Virus record (IMG/VR): IMGVR_UViG_3300021197_001489
Location: 1 to 64,000 of that record
Reading direction: 5' to 3' (one strand)
Length of the DNA: 64,000 nt
The stretch's first letter is position 1. Each line of letters starts with the position of its first letter. Position numbers and translations under genes: made by a program. Under the pieces are notes generated by a model. It searched no databases. It was not told the DNA's origin and saw only the letters and a program-made list of their open reading frames with translations. Shown piece by piece: positions 57,843 to 64,000 of the stretch.

Positions 57843-59021
57843 ATGCTGTATTACCAAGTTGGAGATAAAACGTATTACACCAATGTAGATGCACTTGCTG
57901 CATTCACCAAAAATCCTACTCATGATTTGCAACTGAAACTTGAGTTTAATTTTACCAATCAACCACATCTTTGGCTAACCGAACCTAAATTAAGTGTGCA
58001 TGCTTACATGGATGAGCATGCAAAAATATTATATGATAGATATAGAAAAGTTCATTTAAGATACAGCGGCGGCACCGACAGTCACACTCTGTTACAAAGT
58101 TTTGTCCGCACCAAAGGCGTAGTTGACCTTGAACACATAACCACAGCAGAAATGAGTGACTTCAGCAGAGACTTGTATATACACAACAAAGCAGATTTTG
58201 CGGAGGTTGCAAAGCTAGATGCGGTAAACAGTTTCAGCGTATTTGATCATCATGGACTTACACTTAAAGAATTTAATCGTGCTCTTAGCAATTACAAAGG
58301 ACATCTAAACAACGCCTTGGGCAACCAAAGTTTATATTGGGACATGTGCTCAGACCGAACAACACTCACAGGCATCATGGAAAATGATGTTGTTGTTACT
58401 GGTAAAGAAAAACCCAGGTTGGTTATAGAAAATGGTTGGTGGTGTTGGACTGTCCTTGATGCCAATTTAAGCGACAGTCAGGCTGACTTTGACAGAGGAT
58501 TGCAGGTTTGGTTTTATATGACAGATGATGTCCCAGAGTTGCAAATCAAGTTGGCCTGGGTTAAATTAAAATATTTAGAACAAATAGCCAGAGAACAAAG
58601 TACAACAATAACAGAGAGCTGGCTAGCTAATATTCAACAAACCACAAGCATGTACTATCAAAGAATTAATCATGCCATGGGCTACAGTGCATTGAACCCT
58701 GTGTTAAATTCAGTCGTGGGTAAAATCAGTGACCCAAGCCAAACACGCATAAAAGAATACAGACAGTGGAATGACAACAACAACATCACTGATATGTTCA
58801 ATGATTACTGTCAAGATATTGTAAGTAATGTGCGCAGTGATTTCTATACAAGTGCAGGAAACTCATTTCAAACAGAGCGTCATGAACTAAGTGCAGCGGA
58901 AGCATATCAAACAGAGGTAGAAGACCACCAAACTGATTCTAAGCAAATCTATAACATCAGTGGCATATGGCATAAAAAAATACCTATCACGCCAGTAAGC
59001 CCAGACCTGCTGCCAATTTAA
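57843..59021 (+). CDS. PP-loop (adenine nucleotide alpha-hydrolase) protein
   Basis: LRYSGGTDS PP-loop; TGKEKP. Confidence 0.6.
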   Translation: MLYYQVGDKTYYTNVDALAAFTKNPTHDLQLKLEFNFTNQPHLWLTEPKLSVHAYMDEHAKILYDRYRKVHLRYSGGTDSHTLLQSFVRTKGVVDLEHITTAEMSDFSRDLYIHNKADFAEVAKLDAVNSFSVFDHHGLTLKEFNRALSNYKGHLNNALGNQSLYWDMCSDRTTLTGIMENDVVVTGKEKPRLVIENGWWCWTVLDANLSDSQADFDRGLQVWFYMTDDVPELQIKLAWVKLKYLEQIAREQSTTITESWLANIQQTTSMYYQRINHAMGYSALNPVLNSVVGKISDPSQTRIKEYRQWNDNNNITDMFNDYCQDIVSNVRSDFYTSAGNSFQTERHELSAAEAYQTEVEDHQTDSKQIYNISGIWHKKIPITPVSPDLLPI

Positions 59022-59027
59022 CTTTTT

Positions 59028-59074
59028 CGGTTGACAAAGTTTCTAACTGTGTTATACTGTATGTACAGTTAGAA
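59028..59074 (+). promoter_or_regulatory. Early-type promoter (extended -10)
   Basis: CGGTTGACA-16 nt-TATACT with TGn; same class as 12711. Confidence 0.7.
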
Positions 59075-59088
59075 AACAGGAGCAAAAT

Positions 59089-59424
59089 ATGTCAAAGATT
59101 CAAGAAGCCGCTGCCCAGCTTGTAATGGAAAGAGTCCCTTTCCAAGTAGCAAAAACCATCCGTGATCAAATTTGCGCACAAGACAAAATGGCTATGTGGG
59201 CTTGGGGAGCAAAAGATTTGGTTGCTCATCCAACAGGATTGAGCTTTAAAAGTTCAGGACTTGCTACTTGGAAAGGCACTGTGTTTGTTCAGTACAACGA
59301 AGGTGCCGATGACTACACTGTAGAATTCTTTAAAATCCGCAAAGCTGAAAAGAAAATTACCAAAACTGTTGCAGGTGTGTATTGCGATCAGCTGGTACAG
59401 GTAATTGACAGTGTCGTTGGATAA
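59089..59424 (+). CDS. Hypothetical early protein
   Basis: AGGAG RBS, follows an early promoter. Confidence 0.65.
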   Translation: MSKIQEAAAQLVMERVPFQVAKTIRDQICAQDKMAMWAWGAKDLVAHPTGLSFKSSGLATWKGTVFVQYNEGADDYTVEFFKIRKAEKKITKTVAGVYCDQLVQVIDSVVG

Positions 59425-59439
59425 GCAATAAGTATTGCC

Positions 59440-59874
59440 ATGGAAACTGTTGCAATTAATTTTGATTTAGACAGTAACAATTATGCTGCTGGGTTGGGCT
59501 TTTTGGTTGTGTACCAAAATCAAGTCCTTGTTGATATTGACAAGGTTGCCAGCAAGAATAGTATTAAATTTGATCTTGACGTTGAAGACGGAGATCACGC
59601 ACTGCAATTTACAATGAAGAATAAAACTATAGATAATACTGTAGTAGACGAACACGGCAATATTGTATCTGATTCCTACTTAACTATTGCCAATATGCAT
59701 TTGGAAAATGTCGATCTTGGTTACACCTTTATTGAAAACAGTGTATACCATCATGACTTCAATGGCAGCAAGGACAAAATAGAAGAAACATTCTATGGCA
59801 CAATGGGCTGCAATGGTACTGTGACATTTCGATTTACCACGCCGTTTTACATTTGGTTATTGGAAAATATTTAA
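59440..59874 (+). CDS. Hypothetical late protein
   Basis: ATAAGTA 5 nt upstream; beta-rich. Confidence 0.6.
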   Translation: METVAINFDLDSNNYAAGLGFLVVYQNQVLVDIDKVASKNSIKFDLDVEDGDHALQFTMKNKTIDNTVVDEHGNIVSDSYLTIANMHLENVDLGYTFIENSVYHHDFNGSKDKIEETFYGTMGCNGTVTFRFTTPFYIWLLENI

Positions 59875-60233
59875 TCTATGCTGCCAGGAAACATTTCTTC
59901 AATTACAGCGTCGAATATTTCTATCATGCCAAAGCCAATTATTAAACAGACTGGGAAAACAATAAAGAACACTATAGCAAGCAGTATACGCATAACTCGG
60001 TTGCAACGCTCAAAGTAAAAGTGTGCAAACCATTTAAGAGCACCCTTTACTCGTTCTTTAATCCATTCGCCAAAAAAGTTTCTAAACAGGCGCATAACAA
60101 TAAGAACTGGGCTGGTTAAAACATCCCAGAGCATTAATACAAGATCAACCAATAAGTCCACAATGTGATCTATAGTTAGCCACGCTTTGAATTTTTGCCA
60201 GCGTTGTTTAGTAGCAGAGAAAATCTTATTCAT
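59871..60233 (-). CDS. Membrane protein
   Basis: Hydrophobic segments; GTAAATA late box 4 nt upstream on the minus strand. Confidence 0.55.
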   Translation of the reverse strand: MNKIFSATKQRWQKFKAWLTIDHIVDLLVDLVLMLWDVLTSPVLIVMRLFRNFFGEWIKERVKGALKWFAHFYFERCNRVMRILLAIVFFIVFPVCLIIGFGMIEIFDAVIEEMFPGSID

Positions 60234-60272
60234 AGCGTATTTACTTTATAAATATGAGTAACGGAGAGCAGC

Positions 60273-60722
60273 ATGAGTATGTTTTTAAGGTGGTGGCTAC
60301 TGTTCTGCACCAGTTGTGCGGCTATGTTTACCGCCTATAGTTTTGGGTTTGTTGATGCACTGATTGCAAAAGATGTCACGCGACTTAGTTTTGCTATACT
60401 TGCAGTGTTCTTTTTAAGTAGCATGTATGTTGGATGGATGACCTATAAACGAAGCAAAGGTGCAGTAGTGAAAGTTGGTGTAAATGTTGGATGGTTTATC
60501 ACTGAACTACTGCTTGCCTTGGGCATGATTGGAACAGTTATTGGATTTATCTTGATGCTGGGCGGAAGTTTCGAAAGTTTAAATCTTTCTGATACTGGCA
60601 GCGTAAAGACTGCACTAACTGCTATGGCAATAGGTATGAGTACTGCACTGTATACTACACTCGTAGGAATGGTGTGCAGCCAAATCCTCAAGGTGCAGCT
60701 GGTCAATGTCGAATCCAAATAA
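60273..60722 (+). CDS. MotA/TolQ/ExbB proton-channel family protein
   Basis: LGMIGTVIG and GMSTALYTTLVG TM motifs. Confidence 0.8.
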   Translation: MSMFLRWWLLFCTSCAAMFTAYSFGFVDALIAKDVTRLSFAILAVFFLSSMYVGWMTYKRSKGAVVKVGVNVGWFITELLLALGMIGTVIGFILMLGGSFESLNLSDTGSVKTALTAMAIGMSTALYTTLVGMVCSQILKVQLVNVESK

Positions 60723-61371
60723 TAGATTAAAATACAAAAGCAGTATAGGCTTTACTGATTTACTATTCAATCTTGTTATTGGGTTTGTATACCTTTTTGT
60801 GATTGCATTTATACTGATTAATCCTGTTGCTAAAAAAGGCGATGTAATTAAAAAAGCAGAATACTTGGTTACAATAGAATGGAATCATGAGTACAATGAT
60901 GATATTGATTTGTGGATTAAAGACCCTGCCGGCAACATTGTTAGTTTTTTACAAAAAAGCAAAGGCTTGATGCATTTAGAAAAAGATGATCTAGGTCACA
61001 GCAACGATAGCTATCACAAAGGTGCACAAAAGAAAACACTTTATCTCAACAGAGAAGTTATAACACTGAGAGGCACACTAGAAGGCGAATATCAAGTAAT
61101 GGCACATGTGTACAACAGAAAGTTTACAATGAGAGACGGCGAAGTACGTCAGGACTTGCCAGGTATAATAGAAGTCACAGTAATAAAGATTAATCCTTAT
61201 TTGGAAACTTATTTTGAAAGAGTGCCCTATATTGAAACTGGACAAACATTAAGTTTGGTAAGGTTTACAGTGGGAGAAAAACATAGATATCTTGATCACA
61301 ATAATGATCCAAGTTCTTTTATAACTAAAAAAGGAACCAGCGGTTTGGGGAGGTATAACACAATACCATAA
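60706..61371 (+). CDS. MotB/ExbD-like single-TM partner with beta-sandwich periplasmic domain
   Basis: FTDLLFNL TM with conserved Asp; DIDLW...P and D..G motifs. Confidence 0.55.
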   Translation: MSNPNNRLKYKSSIGFTDLLFNLVIGFVYLFVIAFILINPVAKKGDVIKKAEYLVTIEWNHEYNDDIDLWIKDPAGNIVSFLQKSKGLMHLEKDDLGHSNDSYHKGAQKKTLYLNREVITLRGTLEGEYQVMAHVYNRKFTMRDGEVRQDLPGIIEVTVIKINPYLETYFERVPYIETGQTLSLVRFTVGEKHRYLDHNNDPSSFITKKGTSGLGRYNTIP

Positions 61372-61832
61372 TGTTTGATTTCAACCTACTTCCATTTTTT
61401 GCCAGCATGTTGGTTCTAACACTGATAGTGTTGGGTATTGGTGTGCATTTTTATCGCAATGCACTTGTGATGTTTATAGTGATTCCTGTAGCACTGTTTT
61501 GTGCATTTTCAGGATACAACACTATTACCACAATGCTAGGCTATCCTATTAAACACATTATTCCTGAAGATAGTATGTATCTCAATCATATTGAAAATGG
61601 TGACGGCTCAGAATTGTATGTATGGGTATTAGAACCAGAACGCATGATGCCAAAAAACTACAGTATTCCTGCAACAGACGAAAATAAGAAACAAATGCAA
61701 CGTGCCAAAGGTCGCACAGACAAAGGTATAAACCAACAAATAGGCAAATACAAAAGCGAGCGCAGTGGCGAGCGCAACGAAGGCGACTATATGGTTTATG
61801 ACTTTAGCATTGATCCGCAAGGGTTGAAATAA
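61371..61832 (+). CDS. Two-TM membrane protein, third gene of the module
   Basis: Stop-start coupled; hydrophobic N-terminus. Confidence 0.55.
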   Translation: MFDFNLLPFFASMLVLTLIVLGIGVHFYRNALVMFIVIPVALFCAFSGYNTITTMLGYPIKHIIPEDSMYLNHIENGDGSELYVWVLEPERMMPKNYSIPATDENKKQMQRAKGRTDKGINQQIGKYKSERSGERNEGDYMVYDFSIDPQGLK

Positions 61833-61921
61833 CATATACACTGCCTATTAGCCAATAGTTTTACAAACTTTGTTCTTTTGTGTATAATATTTAAATAGCT
61901 GCATATTCCAAAGGAGAAACT

Positions 61922-62410
61922 ATGCCAACATTTGTATACATGACTGCATGCGATGGATGTGGACATTGCGTCGACATTTGTCCAAGTGACATCATGCACA
62001 TTGATCCAGTAACAAGACGAGCAGTAAACATAGAACCAAACTTTTGCTGGGAGTGCTATTCATGCGTAAAAGCATGTCCACAAAATGCAATTGACGACAG
62101 AGGCTACAGTGACTTTGCGCCTATGAATCACAAGGTCAGAGTATTACGAGAACCAGAAAAAGGCGTTATCAGTTGGCGACTCAAATTCAGAGACGGCAGA
62201 GAAAAACACTTTGAATCACCTATTCGCACAACACCTTGGGGCAGTATACAATGCGCCAGTGAGTACGACGTGCCAGATGCAACACTAAATGACTCACAGC
62301 AACTAGCACATGAACCAGAATACTTACTGGCAGATGGCGGGTTGCGCATGATTAGTAAGAATAAATTTGTTAAATACGAGTACACAGGAGACACACATGC
62401 CACCACGTAA
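61922..62410 (+). CDS. aprB: Adenylylsulfate reductase beta subunit (2x[4Fe-4S] ferredoxin)
   Basis: MPTFVYMT.CDGCGHCVDICPSDIMH...NIEP..CWECYSCVKACP...RGYSDFAP; IRTTPWG. Confidence 0.92.
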   Translation: MPTFVYMTACDGCGHCVDICPSDIMHIDPVTRRAVNIEPNFCWECYSCVKACPQNAIDDRGYSDFAPMNHKVRVLREPEKGVISWRLKFRDGREKHFESPIRTTPWGSIQCASEYDVPDATLNDSQQLAHEPEYLLADGGLRMISKNKFVKYEYTGDTHATT

Positions 62411-63500
62411 TCATAATAACTGGACAGCAACACCCAAGGTTGAATACATCAGCAGCGAATGCTACAATAACTTTGAAGTGTTTGAACAAGAGCAAGAGCA
62501 CATCTTTTCAAAAGTGTGGGTACCAATGTGCCACAAGTCAGAGCTTTCGGAAGCAGGTAGGTTTAGAACAACCAAGATTGCTGGTCAAAATGTTATAGCA
62601 ATTAACAATGGCGACACTATTAAAACATACTTAAATCCTGGAAAGTTCAGTACTCCAGCTGGATCAATGACACGAGTTCAATTCTTAATGGATGACTATA
62701 CTCCATTGCATACTGAAGTCAAACATGGTGGAATGGTATGGACAACGTTGGATTCTAATCCTACACAAAGCGTAGATGAGTGGACAGCAGGTGCATTTGA
62801 TTGTATTGCTGATGCCATTGATACCGAAGAGATGGAAGTATTCCATTACCATAAAGCTGTTATAGATACCAATTATAAACTGTGGCATGATACCAACAGT
62901 GAATTCTATCACGACTTCATGCATTATTTTAATAGAGTGAGTGGCTTCAATGATGAATATTTCGCTAGAAAAAATATCCCTTTTGATAATGGTCACGTTA
63001 ATGTGTCTAGCTTTACTGTTAACTATGAAGAGTATGACGGATTTGAAGATCGCGGGGACTTATCTTTTCCCAATTTGCCGCCCAACCAGTGGTACATGGT
63101 TGACCTCTTCCCAGGATTCAATTTTAACCTCCGCGGGAGTGCATATCGTTCAGACTCGGTGACTCCACTAGGTCCTAACAAAGTTCTTATCGAATTTAGA
63201 GGTTATGGATTACTCAATGATACTCCTGAAGAAAGACAAACACGCATTAAGCACCACAATAGTATATGGGGACCTTTCGGCAGAAACTTGCACGAAGACC
63301 TTATTGGCGTGGCTGGTCAAGGCACTACAATGCGTGAAGGTACAGAATCAAGAAACATACTGCACGGCAGACATGAAAATTCTACAATACATGATGAAGT
63401 TGGAATGAGACATTATTATGAAGCATGGGGTAACATGTTGGGTGTAAGTCCAATGAATCCACTACAAGGACAACTACAAGATGTTAGTAAGGCTGCGTAA
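62397..63500 (+). CDS. Ring-hydroxylating oxygenase alpha subunit, MsmA-like, lacking the Rieske cluster motif
   Basis: FHYHKAV..TNYKLWHDTNSEFYHD.MH, WGPFGRNLHED, TIHDE.GMRH; no CxH...CxxH. Confidence 0.8.
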   Translation: MPPRNHNNWTATPKVEYISSECYNNFEVFEQEQEHIFSKVWVPMCHKSELSEAGRFRTTKIAGQNVIAINNGDTIKTYLNPGKFSTPAGSMTRVQFLMDDYTPLHTEVKHGGMVWTTLDSNPTQSVDEWTAGAFDCIADAIDTEEMEVFHYHKAVIDTNYKLWHDTNSEFYHDFMHYFNRVSGFNDEYFARKNIPFDNGHVNVSSFTVNYEEYDGFEDRGDLSFPNLPPNQWYMVDLFPGFNFNLRGSAYRSDSVTPLGPNKVLIEFRGYGLLNDTPEERQTRIKHHNSIWGPFGRNLHEDLIGVAGQGTTMREGTESRNILHGRHENSTIHDEVGMRHYYEAWGNMLGVSPMNPLQGQLQDVSKAA

Positions 63501-63578
63501 AAAGATATTTAAACTGATGGATTGGCTATCTAGAGACTCTGGCTGCAAACATATGGGTCGTAATTAAAAGAGGCAATT

Positions 63579-63800
63579 ATGAAAGAATTCATGCTTGTTA
63601 TCTCTATGTGGGGGAACACTGGTTCCGAATGGGAATACATCGGTAATCAAATGGTATTGCAACAACCAATGACTGAAGCCCAATGCGAGTACATGGTTGA
63701 CAAAGATATGTGGACTCAATACATTGAAAATGAATACTATATGATGGTTGCACAGTGTTATCCTAAACACTGTGCTGGTCAAGAAACCTGTGAAAAATAG
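63579..63800 (+). CDS. Small protein with hydrophobic N-terminus and Cys residues
   Basis: MKEFMLVISMWG...QC...QCYP..C. Confidence 0.6.
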   Translation: MKEFMLVISMWGNTGSEWEYIGNQMVLQQPMTEAQCEYMVDKDMWTQYIENEYYMMVAQCYPKHCAGQETCEK

Positions 63801-63801
63801 T

Positions 63802-63903
63802 TGGCTTTGGGGGGAGGATTCGAACCTCCACGCTTAAATATATTGCAACACATTTAAACAGACCGTAAACAGCGGCCCACGTCTACCATTTCGTCACCCC
63901 AAA
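63802..63903 (-). tRNA. Atypical type II (long variable arm) tRNA, anticodon GTT
   Basis: Acceptor TTTGGGG/CCCCAAA, G73-CCA, D arm ACG-AAATGGTAGA-CGT, anticodon arm GGCCG-CTGTTTA-CGGTC, 31-nt variable hairpin, T arm GGAGG-TTCGAAT-CCTCC; 102 nt. Confidence 0.8.
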
Positions 63904-63910
63904 CTGGTTG

Positions 63911-64000
63911 TTATGCGGCTAGTGCAACCTCTTGCTTTTTATCCATTGCCGCAATCATTCTTGTTAAGCCAATACCGCCGCCTACTCTTGGGAAGAAGTC
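63911..64000 (-). CDS. C-terminal 29 aa of a class IIb aaRS-like / AsnA-like protein (truncated by window edge)
   Basis: Reads DFFPRVGGGIGLTRMIAAMDKKQEVALAA*; PRxGGGIGxxR is class II motif 3. Confidence 0.7.
   Translation of the reverse strand, partial: DFFPRVGGGIGLTRMIAAMDKKQEVALAA

Noticed and set aside
60273-61832. Complete Zorya defence system
   Set aside because: No long ZorA tail, no OmpA-like ZorB domain and no ZorC/D/E genes.
63802-63903. tRNA-Sec, tmRNA end or pseudogene
   Set aside because: Anticodon is not UCA, acceptor is 7 bp and there is no G3-U70; all stems pair and CCA is intact, so decay is unlikely.
1-64000. Bacterial chromosome or prophage origin
   Set aside because: Host-like genes are isolated and interspersed with T4-type replication, lysis and late-promoter features; no rRNA, integrase or intact host operons (aprB without aprA, binding protein without permease).
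1-64000. CRISPR array, IS element, intron or intein
   Set aside because: No regularly spaced direct repeats or transposase motifs seen; polB, clpA and clpP are uninterrupted at normal lengths.
1-64000. Alternative genetic code (stop reassignment)
   Set aside because: Recognisable proteins are full length in code 11 and end at TAA, TAG or TGA; no suppressor tRNA seen.

Overview
A 64 kb segment of a large lytic dsDNA phage (T4-superfamily/jumbo-myovirus-like), not a bacterial chromosome. It carries a family-B DNA polymerase, a putative sliding clamp, a T4-type RNase H, a GH108 endolysin with overlapping spanins, sigma70-like early promoters and T4-like late boxes (N-TAA(A/G)TA). There is no rRNA, CRISPR array or IS element. 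Spanins imply a Gram-negative host; aprB, an msmA-like gene, a BMP-family binding protein and a GapR/DsbA-like protein suggest a marine alphaproteobacterium (inference). Other modules: PhoH with a permease; DnaJ, ClpA and ClpP; Dps; putative internal head proteins punctuated by (I/L/V)xE sites; many glycosyltransferases; a 7-deazaguanine cluster (TGT/DpdA-like, folE, queD, queE) interleaved with a glycosyltransferase, GalE and an aminotransferase; purine/NAD salvage genes; ribosomal protein bL33; TctA/TctC; a MotA/ExbB-like membrane module; three ordinary tRNAs. Best leads: (1) an AprB ferredoxin overlapping a methanesulfonate-monooxygenase-like alpha subunit that has lost its Rieske ligands; (2) an atypical long-variable-arm tRNA(GUU) directly behind a class II aaRS/AsnA-like gene; (3) possible sugar hypermodification of 7-deazaguanine DNA, with candidate riboswitch-like leaders; (4) a split DGQQR/EHxxP nuclease pair. 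All family assignments come from motif recognition by eye; no database search was run.
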